From Planctomycetota bacterium (lineage in GTDB: Bacteria; Planctomycetota; B15-G4; JADJEK01), in the NCBI GenBank assembly GCA_044225365.1, contig JBGAIQ010000010.1, positions 1 to 64,000 of the forward strand: DNA of 64,000 nt, read 5' to 3'. Position numbers and translations under genes: made by a program. This document shows positions 55,249 to 64,000 of the stretch, piece by piece. Positions within the stretch are counted from its first letter, which is position 1. The number at the start of each line of letters is the position of its first letter. The notes under the pieces were generated by a model that was not told the DNA's origin, ran no database searches, and worked only from the letters and a program-made list of their open reading frames with translations.

Positions 55249-55534
55249 CGGACCGCCACGCTCCAGCGTGGCATCCATCCGCCCCGGACCGCCACGCTCC
55301 AGCGTGGCATCCGTCTCATACCCATTGCCGGGCAGAGCCCGGCGCTCCGCATACCATCGGACCGCCACGCTCCAGCGTGGCATCCATCCGCCCCGGACCG
55401 CCACGCTCCAGCGTGGCATCCATCCCATACCCATTGCCGGGCAGAGCCCGGCGCTCCGCATACCATCGGACCGCCACGCTCCAGCGTGGCATCCGTCCCC
55501 TACCCATTGCCGGGCAGAGCCCGGCGCTCCGCAT
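55249..55534. repeat. BIME/REP-like mosaic array (A-A-B-A-A-B-A-B) between convergent genes
   Basis: A = CGGACCGCCACGCTCCAGCGTGGCATCC at 55249, 55285, 55358, 55394, 55467; B = TACCCATTGCCGGGCAGAGCCCGGCGCTCCGCAT x3; 109-bp period. Confidence 0.85.
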
Positions 55535-55557
55535 GGCATCTTGCCGGGGGGAGTCGG

Positions 55558-57666
55558 TTACGGCGTGCCGACCTTCTTCTTCGCGTCGGGCTTCTCCGCG
55601 CGCTGCAAGCTGAGCTGCAGGGAGAGCGTCGGGAAGATGAACTGGTAGTACTGCGACGACATCACGTAGTACCGGTAGCCCATCATCGTCTGGGCCGACT
55701 GCGGGTCGCGGCCGTTGGCGGAAGCCTGCCGTGCGGCCTGCTCGTCCTCGGGGGTCATGTCGGCGAAGGTGGGTAGCGTCTTCTCCTTCACGCGCGCGAC
55801 GTACGTCGCCTTGCCGTCGCGGTCGCGCAGCGGTTCGCTCACCTTGCCGACGTCGAGGAAGGTGATCTGGAACTGCCCCATCAGGAACTTCGCGGTTCCG
55901 GCCGGCTCGAACGCATACGCCGGGGAGCGGCTGTAGCTCTTGCGATAGGGCCCGAGCAGGTCGAGCTTGACGGCTTGCGCCTTCACCACGTCGTCGAAGG
56001 CTTCCTGCTTGTGCTCGTTGAGTACGCCGGTGATGCGCCACTCGACGGACTTCAGCTCGTCGTCGACGATCTTCTTCTTCGCGGCGTCGTCCGTGACCTT
56101 CTGCTCGGCGATCTTCTTCTCGGCGCTGGCCTTCGCCTCGTTCTGGATCTTGTCGATTTCCGCCTGCTGCTTCGGGCGCACCGCTTCACGAAGCGCGTCG
56201 CAGAAGGCCTTCGCCGCCGCGTCCGCCTGTTTCGCGGCCGTCGCCTCGACGTACGGATCGAGGATCTTGTCCTTGACCTGCGCGAGCGGGAACGGCTTCG
56301 GATCGACCTTCTCGACGACGTGCGCGACGTAGCCGTAGGCCTTCGATTCGTCGGGCGTGAAGGGGATCACGCCGTCCTTGGCGACGAACTCGAGATCGTG
56401 CTTCAGCGCCTCGCTGCCGATTCGGGGCAACTTGACGAGGTCGTCCCACTTCGTGACGGGCGAGGCTTCGATGTACTCCATGCCGAATTGCGTCGCGACG
56501 TCCTTGAGGACGTTCTCCTCGACCACGGGAGTCGTGGTGTTCGGCGTGACGCCCGGCTTGCCCGCGTCGGCCTTCTTCTTCGCGGCCTCGGCGATGCGCC
56601 GATTGCTCTCCGCGAGCACGCGCTGCACGACGCGTTCCACGAGGATCTCCTTCTCGAGTTCGGCCTTCACCTCCTCGAGCGGGCGATACTTCGGGGCTTC
56701 CTTCTCTTCGGGCTTCTTCTCGTCGGCTTTGTCGCCAGCCTTCTCGTCTGCCTTCTTGTCGTCGGGCTTCGACGGATCGGCCTTCGTCCCATCGTCCTTC
56801 TTGGCCGGATCGGCGGGCGCGGCGGGGAGCTTGTACTTCGTCTCCTTGCGCGCGTTGTACAAGGATTCGATCTCGTCGGCATCGACCACGCGCTCCTGCT
56901 CGTTGAGGGCGGCGCGCATCTTCTCGACGTCGGCCTTCGCCACATCGAGCCACGCCGCATCGACCGCGAACTCGGGCGGCGAGGAGAACTCACGCTGCTT
57001 GCGGATCGAGTCGAACTCCGTGTCGAAGTACTTCTGGAGGTCCTCGTCCTTGATCTGCGACCGGTCGATCTTCGCCGCGAAGTCCGCGTCACGGAACGAG
57101 GCGTACTCGACCGTGTACATCGCGTTGTCGTCCTGGAAGCGCTTGAACACGTCCTCGCTGCGCACGCGCGGCCCGTCGAAATACAGGTTGCAGTAGATCT
57201 TGGTGCGCAGGATCCGCTTCTGGAGCGATTCCCACTCCGAGGCCGAGAGTCCGGTCTGCAGCAGCATGCTCTTGTAGAACTCGTCGCGCTTGTCGGCCGG
57301 GATCGAGTACTGATCGAACATCGCCGTCAGCGATTCGGTCAGCATCTGGTCGCTGACCTGGATCCCCATCTCGTTCGCGAGGGCGTCGAGCATCAGGAAC
57401 GTCCACTGGGCGTCGTCGTCCTTGTACTCCTCACGCGCGATGCGCGCGAGTTTCATCGACTCGATGCGCAGGTCCTCCTGCGTGACCGTGATCTTGCGAC
57501 CCGACGGCGTGACGAACGAACCCGCGACCTCGGCGCCCGGCTCCTTCTCGCGGAAGAACGCGTAGATCGCGCCGGTCACCGAGAAGGTGAACATCGTGAA
57601 GACGGTGACGATGCCGTAGAACCACTTCGCGGCTTGCTTGTTCTGGCGGAAGAAACGGAAGACCAT
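55558..57666 (-). CDS. SurA-N/PpiD-like membrane-anchored periplasmic chaperone
   Basis: MVFRFFRQNK + TM; ANEMGIQVSDQML; YRPLEEVKAELEK and PFPLAQVKDKI motifs; GKVSEPL. Confidence 0.7.
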   Translation of the reverse strand: MVFRFFRQNKQAAKWFYGIVTVFTMFTFSVTGAIYAFFREKEPGAEVAGSFVTPSGRKITVTQEDLRIESMKLARIAREEYKDDDAQWTFLMLDALANEMGIQVSDQMLTESLTAMFDQYSIPADKRDEFYKSMLLQTGLSASEWESLQKRILRTKIYCNLYFDGPRVRSEDVFKRFQDDNAMYTVEYASFRDADFAAKIDRSQIKDEDLQKYFDTEFDSIRKQREFSSPPEFAVDAAWLDVAKADVEKMRAALNEQERVVDADEIESLYNARKETKYKLPAAPADPAKKDDGTKADPSKPDDKKADEKAGDKADEKKPEEKEAPKYRPLEEVKAELEKEILVERVVQRVLAESNRRIAEAAKKKADAGKPGVTPNTTTPVVEENVLKDVATQFGMEYIEASPVTKWDDLVKLPRIGSEALKHDLEFVAKDGVIPFTPDESKAYGYVAHVVEKVDPKPFPLAQVKDKILDPYVEATAAKQADAAAKAFCDALREAVRPKQQAEIDKIQNEAKASAEKKIAEQKVTDDAAKKKIVDDELKSVEWRITGVLNEHKQEAFDDVVKAQAVKLDLLGPYRKSYSRSPAYAFEPAGTAKFLMGQFQITFLDVGKVSEPLRDRDGKATYVARVKEKTLPTFADMTPEDEQAARQASANGRDPQSAQTMMGYRYYVMSSQYYQFIFPTLSLQLSLQRAEKPDAKKKVGTP

Positions 57667-57696
57667 GTTTGACTCTTCACCCTGGCCGCAGCCAGG

Positions 57697-58551
57697 TCAG
57701 GGCGCTTTCAGATCCTCGACTCGCGGCAAGTCCTCGAGCGATGCGAGGCCGAAATGATCGAGGAATCGTTTCGACGTGCCGTATTGGATGGGACGACCCG
57801 GGAGCTCGGAGCGACCGACGGCCCGGATCAATTTGCGTTCGGTGAGACTCTTCAGGATCGCGCCGCTCTGAACGCCGCGGATCGAGTCGAGCTCGGCGCG
57901 CGTGATCGGTTGGCGATAGGCGACGATCGCGAGCGTCTCGAGCGCCGAGGCGGAGAGCTTCTCCGGCGGCTTCACCTTCTCGAGGCGGGCGACGATCCCT
58001 TCGTGCTCGGGACGGGTGTAGAGCTTGAATCCGCCCGCGATGTCGCGGATGTCGAACGCACGACCGGTCGCGGCGTATTCCTCGCGCAGCCGCTCGGCCG
58101 CGCTCTTCACGCGACGCTGCGGGATCTCGAGCGCCTGCGCGATGCGCGCGGGAGTCAGCGGCTCGGAGGAAGCGAACAGCATCGCTTCGATCGCGATCTC
58201 GACCTCACGGTCGGTAAGTTCTCTCGCAATGACTTCGGGCGCGCCGACCCCCGGCTCGCCTTCGCTCGCCCCGGGCGCGGCGACTGCCTCGTCGCCCGCG
58301 GTAGGAGACGCGTGGTCGTCCTCGAAGTCCTTGGCGTCGACCTCGATCTCGGCCCCGCCATCCTCCGAAGCGCTTGCTGGGACCTCCGGCACTTCCAACT
58401 CACCGGGCTCAGCGGACTGCGGCGTCTCCGCGGGGCTCTCGGCCGCACGCGACTTCCGTTTCGAACGGCGCGACGGAGCCTTGCCCTCCGGGGCGTTTGC
58501 CGACGCCTCGGGGATGCTCTGCGATTCGGTTTCGTTCTCGCTTGCGGTCAT
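57697..58551 (-). CDS. scpB: SMC-Scp complex subunit ScpB with acidic N-terminal extension
   Basis: IEAMLFASSEPL, LSASALETLAIVAYRQPITRAE, IRGV, PGRPIQYGTSKRFLDHFGL. Confidence 0.95.
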   Translation of the reverse strand: MTASENETESQSIPEASANAPEGKAPSRRSKRKSRAAESPAETPQSAEPGELEVPEVPASASEDGGAEIEVDAKDFEDDHASPTAGDEAVAAPGASEGEPGVGAPEVIARELTDREVEIAIEAMLFASSEPLTPARIAQALEIPQRRVKSAAERLREEYAATGRAFDIRDIAGGFKLYTRPEHEGIVARLEKVKPPEKLSASALETLAIVAYRQPITRAELDSIRGVQSGAILKSLTERKLIRAVGRSELPGRPIQYGTSKRFLDHFGLASLEDLPRVEDLKAP

Positions 58552-58649
58552 GTCGCCCTATGCAGCGCGGCCATGCTACGCGTCACGCGGGGTCACGCGT
58601 TCGACGCGCTGCCAGAAAGGGTGGACGGTAACACGGGGAGCCGCACGCT

Positions 58650-59645
58650 TCAACGGCCGAGCCGGACATCGATCTTGTAGCGGGTGCGGACTTCTTCGTC
58701 CCAGGTCAGCAGTTCGAAGACGTCGATCTCCGACTTCTCGAACTCGGCGTCGATCTGATCGGCGACCGCCGCGTAGGGCTCCCGCGATGCCGGGAAGCGC
58801 TTCTCGAGCTTGGCGATCCAGTACACCGATTTCTTGCCCTGCTCGTCGTGACCGATCCCCGAAATCTCGCCTTCCTTCAACTGCGAGCCGACGCGGATCA
58901 ACTCGTTGCCCCCCGAACTCGTGGGCACCGGCGGCATGAGACCGAAGTTCGGCGCGGTGTGCTCGTCGACCGACTCGGCCTTCGCGAGCGCGCCGAAGTT
59001 CGCACCGTCCTTCAGCTTCTCGAGGAGGTCCTTCGCCTTCTGCAGTTCGTACACGAAGATGCATCGCAACTGGATACGCTCGAATCGCATCGCGGAGTAT
59101 CGCACCACCCGTTCGAGCAGGAGATTCTCCAGCGCGACGTCGCGCAGGATCGCGCGGTATTCGGCCGGCGAGGTACCGAAGTTGTCCTTCATGTACTTCG
59201 CGAAGTCGAGGCCGTGGAACTTGAGACCGAACGCGTCCTGCTGCTTCTTGATGTAGGCGTCGACGCCCGCCTCGAGGACCTTCTCCTTCACGAAGACCTC
59301 GAGCGCGATCGCTTCGCGCCGCACGAGTTCGCGACGAATCGTCTGCTCGAGCGCGCCGAACAACGCCTCGGGATCCTGGAGGAAGAGCGGTGCGAGCACC
59401 TCGCGTGCGGAGATCTCGCGCATCGCTCCGACCGGCAGCGCGACTCCCAAGGGATGGACCGGCTCCACGGTGGCGAGGATGCCGTCGGAGGGCAATCCAC
59501 GAACATCGGAGAGCAACGCGCTCGGACCCACTGCGCCGGTGGGCGGCGAGCTCGCGCCCTGCACGAAACCACGGGCGTAGAGCGAAGTCCTTGGAAACGC
59601 GAGCCAGGCCGCGAGCGAGCCGGTGAGGAGATCGCGTCGGTTCAT
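58650..59645 (-). CDS. Parvulin (PpiC)-type peptidyl-prolyl isomerase with Tat-like signal
   Basis: MNRRDLL + hydrophobic stretch; LKDGANFGALAKAESVD, LKEGEISG; ATGA coupling to the upstream gene. Confidence 0.75.
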   Translation of the reverse strand: MNRRDLLTGSLAAWLAFPRTSLYARGFVQGASSPPTGAVGPSALLSDVRGLPSDGILATVEPVHPLGVALPVGAMREISAREVLAPLFLQDPEALFGALEQTIRRELVRREAIALEVFVKEKVLEAGVDAYIKKQQDAFGLKFHGLDFAKYMKDNFGTSPAEYRAILRDVALENLLLERVVRYSAMRFERIQLRCIFVYELQKAKDLLEKLKDGANFGALAKAESVDEHTAPNFGLMPPVPTSSGGNELIRVGSQLKEGEISGIGHDEQGKKSVYWIAKLEKRFPASREPYAAVADQIDAEFEKSEIDVFELLTWDEEVRTRYKIDVRLGR

Positions 59646-61378
59646 TTGATGTGGACGATCCGGTCGAACGTGAGCTTCTTGCAGCGGGTGCACGGGACCT
59701 TCGTCTCACCGAGCGTTCCGCCCTTCTTCGTCTGGGCGCCGCTCGTCAAGAACTCACGAATACCCTGGCCACCGCACTCCGAGCAGTCCTTGGAGGTGAC
59801 GCGCTCGACGATGATGATGCCTTTCTTCCCGTCGTACTGCGCGTGCTCACCGAAGAACGCGAAGAGGAAGCTCGCGCGATCCGTCGTCGTCGCGGTCTTG
59901 TACCAGTCCTCGGGAGTCGGCGGCACGTCCGCGAGGTCGCTCCCGCTGAGGGTCTTCTGCTTCGCGTTCTTCTTCTTCGCGTTGTCCTCGCGCTCCTTCA
60001 ACTTCTTCTGGATCTGCTGTTCGAGCGTGAGGGGTTTGCCGGAATCGCCCTTGGCCTTCTCGCTATCACCCCCCTGCTTCGGATCGTCCTTCTCGCCCTT
60101 GATCAGCCCCTTGCGCGCGAGTTCAGCGCCGAGGATGAAGGTGCCGCCACCGTAGGAGACCGGCGTCGCCGAGCCGTACTTGCCGCGCTCCTGCCAGAGC
60201 TTGAACGCTTCGGCCTCGTCCTTGATGCCCTTGCGCTTCGTCAGGATCTTCAGCGCCTCGCCGAACGCGACCTGCTCGGCCCAGTTCATCGCGGGACCGA
60301 GCTCGACCTCGGCGTCGAGCGCCTTCTTGATGCACAGCTCGCGCACGATCGGGAGGAAGTCCGATCGGATCTGGTTCAGGAGGTCTTCCTTGAACGCGAT
60401 GTTGAGGTTCTTCTGCTCCTTCTGCACCTCGGCGAGGAAGGCGGACGCCGGCCACTTCTTCATGAAGTCGTCGACGAGCTTGAGCGAACCCGCGAAGTCC
60501 TTCTGCAGGCGAAGCGCGCGGATGCGGCGGAGCTGTTCCGCGGCGTCGCTCTCCTTCGCCTTCGCGTCGAGGATCTTCTTGCGCTGCTCGATCACGTCCT
60601 TCTTCGCGAAGTTCGCATCGGTCTTGAGCGCGCTCTCGAAACACTCCTTCGCCTGATCGTAGAGCGTGAGCGCCTCGGCCTTGAGGCCGAGGTTGTAGTA
60701 GTCCACGGCCTCCTTCGGCGGCTGCTCGCGTCGAACCTGCTCGAAAGCTTCCGCGGGGCTGAGCACCTCGAGCGCATCGACGACCACGTTCTCCCGCGAC
60801 AGGATCGATTCGAAGGGAATCGTCGTCGGCACGCCCTTCTTGAACAGGACGTAGCCGTTCGCCTGGCGACCGCCGTCGATCCCCACTATGTCGCGATTGC
60901 CGGTGCAGTGCAGCATCAAGGCGCGAACCGTGATCGGCGGCGCGTCGTCCCCCACGAAGCCGTAGAGTCGTTTGATCGCGTCGACGTCCTCCGGGATGAT
61001 CTGATCCCAGCGCAGCGCGAGCGAGCCGCCGTTGTCGTCGCGGACGAGCTTCACGCCGTTCGCCTCGTCGAAGCCGCCCTCCTCGATCACGCCCGAGACC
61101 TCGGTGCCGTTCGCGAGGTGGAGGATGATCGCCTTCTGCGGCGTCGAGCCGAGCGAACTGCCGGAGGCGCCCCCGTCGTCGACGAGCGTCGCCGCTCGGG
61201 CGTCCTTCGCCACCCCGAGCACGAGCGATGCCCCAAGCGTTGCCCCAAGCGTTGCGAAGAAGGCCGCGCACGCGAGGCCGACCCGCAGGCCGGAGCCCAT
61301 GCGAACGAGCGTGGATTCGATTCGTGAGGTCATCATGGTCGCTTCTCCTTCGAGAGGGAGCCTCTGCACTCTACTCAT
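59642..61378 (-). CDS. Exported hypothetical protein with TPRs and C-terminal DnaJ-like Zn-finger motif
   Basis: Signal-like N-terminus (ARA), TPR (YYNLGLKAEALTLYDQAKECFESAL), CSECGGQG...CTRCKK; start may be 61336. Confidence 0.68.
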   Translation of the reverse strand: MSRVQRLPLEGEATMMTSRIESTLVRMGSGLRVGLACAAFFATLGATLGASLVLGVAKDARAATLVDDGGASGSSLGSTPQKAIILHLANGTEVSGVIEEGGFDEANGVKLVRDDNGGSLALRWDQIIPEDVDAIKRLYGFVGDDAPPITVRALMLHCTGNRDIVGIDGGRQANGYVLFKKGVPTTIPFESILSRENVVVDALEVLSPAEAFEQVRREQPPKEAVDYYNLGLKAEALTLYDQAKECFESALKTDANFAKKDVIEQRKKILDAKAKESDAAEQLRRIRALRLQKDFAGSLKLVDDFMKKWPASAFLAEVQKEQKNLNIAFKEDLLNQIRSDFLPIVRELCIKKALDAEVELGPAMNWAEQVAFGEALKILTKRKGIKDEAEAFKLWQERGKYGSATPVSYGGGTFILGAELARKGLIKGEKDDPKQGGDSEKAKGDSGKPLTLEQQIQKKLKEREDNAKKKNAKQKTLSGSDLADVPPTPEDWYKTATTTDRASFLFAFFGEHAQYDGKKGIIIVERVTSKDCSECGGQGIREFLTSGAQTKKGGTLGETKVPCTRCKKLTFDRIVHIK

Positions 61379-61911
61379 TTTCCCGTGAACTGTCCTTCGA
61401 GTTGGGCCGGCCCGGGGGGCGGTGCCTGAGCACCGATCCCGAGCGCCTTGCGGATCTGATTCTCGGGTCGCGCCCCGCTGCGCACGAACATCGTGAACTC
61501 GTCACCCTGCTCGCGACCCACATCCATCGTGTACACGAACACCTTGGCGAGCACCCCGCCCTGGACGCCGAGCGTCGGGTCCACGGAGAGCGCCGCGGAA
61601 TAGAAGTAGCCGGGATGCGCGTCGATGGGCTGATCCTCCATCTTCGGCAGCTCGACGTTCTTGTTGTCGCCGCTCTCGTCGATGACACGCGACAGCCAGG
61701 TCTCGACGCGTGCGCGCACTTCCGCGCTCGCGAGAGCGACGGCGGACTGATGCTGCGCGTCGCGATGCAGCGCGAGCCCGCTCATGAACAACGCGAGCAC
61801 GCCCACCACTCCCGTGAGGAAGATCATGAGCGCGGCGAGGACCTCGAGGATGGTGAACCCGCCCTCGCGGCGATTCGTGCGCGGCGTCGCCGGTGTCGTC
61901 TGCGATCTCAT
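61375..61911 (-). CDS. PilV-like minor pilin
   Basis: EGG|FTILEVLAALMIFLTGVVGVL. Confidence 0.85.
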   Translation of the reverse strand: MRSQTTPATPRTNRREGGFTILEVLAALMIFLTGVVGVLALFMSGLALHRDAQHQSAVALASAEVRARVETWLSRVIDESGDNKNVELPKMEDQPIDAHPGYFYSAALSVDPTLGVQGGVLAKVFVYTMDVGREQGDEFTMFVRSGARPENQIRKALGIGAQAPPPGPAQLEGQFTGK

Positions 61912-63062
61912 CGCGTGTTCCAATCCTCACGGTAGACCGGGATCTCGATCGTCCGCTCGAACGTGGTGCCGATGTGGACGCGCGAGCCCGCCGCATGATT
62001 GTCGGGCAATGTGTCGCGCACTCCGCGCTTCACCACCACTTCGTCGCCGCGGATCTCGATCCACTCGAACCACTCGCCGCCGATCTTGAAGTACTTGTAG
62101 GTCGCGAGCGGCTCGAGGAGGCGCAACGGCGAGAGCTTCACGCGTTGCGTGCTCGCCGAGAGATCCTGTTCGAGAACCATCATGGCGGCCTCGTCCTCGT
62201 CGCGCTCGACGACGAGCGTGACGCGCACGCGACGCGGGAAGACGTCGTCATCGGCGTTCGCGAGAGACGCCGCGTCCTTCGCGAGGAGGAACTTGTCGTG
62301 TCCCTGCTTGTCGAGCAGCAGCGCGCGCGTCGAATCCCAAGTGGTGAGCGGCCCGCCCTCGTCGTTCTCCTTGGCATTCCAATCGGACGTATCGCGGCTC
62401 CAGAACTGGAAACCCAGATACAACACGCCGTCCGCGAGCCGGATCGTGTCGCGCTGCAAGGCGCGCACGTCGTCGGGCAATTCGACCGCGAGAAAACTGC
62501 CGGCGCGCCCGATCGGAGAACGCATCCCGCGAACGAGCGTGAGCCGCGCGGGATCGACGCCCTTCTCGGGAGTCTTCAATGTGCTGTAGAAAACCTCGGC
62601 GAGTCCGCACGGCGGCAGGGTCGGCGATGCCGTTTCGGTGCCCTCGGTGAACCCGGACTTCGCACCGACTTCGTCGCCCGCGACGCGAAGGCGCGGATCG
62701 GTGCGCTCTTCGGGGAGCGCGCGCACGAAGCGCAGGCGCTGGACGACCGAATCCGGAGTGCGATCGAGATCGAAGTCGTACTCCGCGTAGTCGCTGATCA
62801 TCCGCACCGGCGCGTTCGTCGAGCCGAGAGGCGAATCGGCCCGCAGCATGCGCAAGTCGGTCGCGATCTCGTCGAGCACGGCCGCGGACTTCTCGGTCGC
62901 GTCCTTGCCGCGCTCGCCGAGAGCCCACACGTCGAGCGCGCTCTTCACCATCTGGAACAGCATGACGACGAGGATCGAGAAGATCGCGATCGCCGTGAGC
63001 AGTTCGATGAGCGTGAAGCCGCGTTCCGCGCCTCGCGGTCCCGTTCGCTTCGAATGCGCCAT
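61908..63062 (-). CDS. PilW/GspJ-like minor pilin with extra C-terminal domain
   Basis: ERG|FTLIELLTAIAIFSILV; IATDLR; LADGVLYLGFQF; FPRRVRVTLVV. Confidence 0.85.
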   Translation of the reverse strand: MAHSKRTGPRGAERGFTLIELLTAIAIFSILVVMLFQMVKSALDVWALGERGKDATEKSAAVLDEIATDLRMLRADSPLGSTNAPVRMISDYAEYDFDLDRTPDSVVQRLRFVRALPEERTDPRLRVAGDEVGAKSGFTEGTETASPTLPPCGLAEVFYSTLKTPEKGVDPARLTLVRGMRSPIGRAGSFLAVELPDDVRALQRDTIRLADGVLYLGFQFWSRDTSDWNAKENDEGGPLTTWDSTRALLLDKQGHDKFLLAKDAASLANADDDVFPRRVRVTLVVERDEDEAAMMVLEQDLSASTQRVKLSPLRLLEPLATYKYFKIGGEWFEWIEIRGDEVVVKRGVRDTLPDNHAAGSRVHIGTTFERTIEIPVYREDWNTR

Positions 63063-64000
63063 CAGTGGCCCTCCTCGTAGGAGAGTCGCACCGGCGTCCC
63101 GATCCACTCGAGTCCGAGGGCGGCGAGATGCGGCGCGCGCTTCCAGTCGTTGCTGCCGCCGCGATCCTCGCCGGGATCGGGATCGAAGACGCGCGCGTCG
63201 AAGGCGCCGTCGAGGTAGTGCGTGAAGACTCGCAGCCCCAGCACGTCGCCCTGGCGCAAGATCGCGTGACCCTGCTGGTCCATGGTCGAATCGCCCTCGA
63301 AGGTGAAGCGGTCCGGATTGTCCTTCGGCGAGTCGCCGAACGAGCCGCGGCCCCCGACGAGAGCCTCGACGATGAGCTTCGTCCGACTCGTCTCACCCTC
63401 GGCCTTCCAGCTCAGGCTCTTGTAGAACGCGCGCTTCTCGTTGAACGATGCGCCGTAGTACCCGAGCTCCGGGACGTCGACGCCCTCGCGATAGCGATCG
63501 AAATATCGCACCGGGAAGACGTAGACGAGCGATTCGACGGGATGCCGCTCGCGCGGCGTGCCGTAGCTCCCGCGCAGCATGCCGATCTCCTTGCCGCTGC
63601 CGTCCTTGATCTTCGGCATGAAGAGCTGGTTCTTGCCCTGCTTTCGGGAGTAGCCGATCAGCTCGTGACCGACCTGGACGACACCCTGGTCGGGGAAGTC
63701 GGAGGTGTCCATCAGCGAGAGTTGATTGCCGTCCGCCGACAGATCCGCCGTGAGCCGCGAGACGCGCATGAAGCCGAGTTCGCGCAACGACTCGCCGCGC
63801 CCGTGGAACTGGATCGGCGTGCCGAGATATCCGCGCCCGCCCTCGGCGACCTCGAACACGATGAAGTCCTGGCTGCCGTCCTTGCCGGTCTGCGCCTTCT
63901 CGACGCGGAACGACTTCACCGCGAGGAGCTCTTGCCCCATCGACACCACGAGACCGTCGCCCGAAAGGTGCGAGGGGAGATCGAGGGCTTCGATCGCAGG
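63062..64000 (-). CDS. C-terminal part of a large hypothetical protein (5' end outside the window)
   Basis: Frame is open to the window edge; TGATG coupling to the downstream pilin. Confidence 0.7.
   Translation of the reverse strand, partial: PAIEALDLPSHLSGDGLVVSMGQELLAVKSFRVEKAQTGKDGSQDFIVFEVAEGGRGYLGTPIQFHGRGESLRELGFMRVSRLTADLSADGNQLSLMDTSDFPDQGVVQVGHELIGYSRKQGKNQLFMPKIKDGSGKEIGMLRGSYGTPRERHPVESLVYVFPVRYFDRYREGVDVPELGYYGASFNEKRAFYKSLSWKAEGETSRTKLIVEALVGGRGSFGDSPKDNPDRFTFEGDSTMDQQGHAILRQGDVLGLRVFTHYLDGAFDARVFDPDPGEDRGGSNDWKRAPHLAALGLEWIGTPVRLSYEEGH

Noticed and set aside
55249-55534. CRISPR array
   Set aside because: Linkers are short and nearly identical rather than unique spacers, two palindromic units alternate, and there are no cas genes; fits REP/BIME
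61231-61254. 12-bp tandem duplication CCCCAAGCGTTG x2
   Set aside because: In-frame ATLG duplication within a signal peptide; likely trivial slippage

Overview
High-GC, gene-dense bacterial chromosomal window. The gene content (TM-anchored prenyltransferase/squalene-oxidase-repeat proteins, exported TPR proteins, many prepilin-like genes) suggests Planctomycetota; this is an inference. Left to right: (1) a minus-strand envelope cluster of two large exported TPR proteins, an ExbD/TolR, a Zn-ribbon/TM protein and two tandem paralogous prenyltransferase-repeat proteins; (2) dedA, a soluble multi-PAS chemoreceptor, aspS, a divergent K+-independent membrane PPase, two APC permeases and a complete H+-type F1Fo atp operon; (3) an ECF sigma / double-ZAS anti-sigma / exported protein operon, ndk and an NFACT/RqcH gene; (4) an ~18 kb, mostly translationally coupled type IV filament operon in MSHA-like order, with a signalling cassette embedded in it (PAS histidine kinase, stand-alone receiver, output-less TM-GAF protein, STAS protein, and a second GAF-PAS kinase with an aberrant H-box); (5) a TPR lipoprotein, rnpA, yidD, a BIME/REP-like array, a SurA/PpiD-like chaperone, scpB, a Tat-signal parvulin and a second, truncated prepilin cluster. 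The best candidate for an undescribed system is the signalling-integrated type IV filament operon. It shares an identically spaced upstream motif (GAATTCG-N10-CTCAAG-N18-CGAYRA) with the orphan chemoreceptor 21 kb away. No rRNA, tRNA, CRISPR array or transposase was recognised. Start codons were chosen by eye from RBS and overlap evidence.
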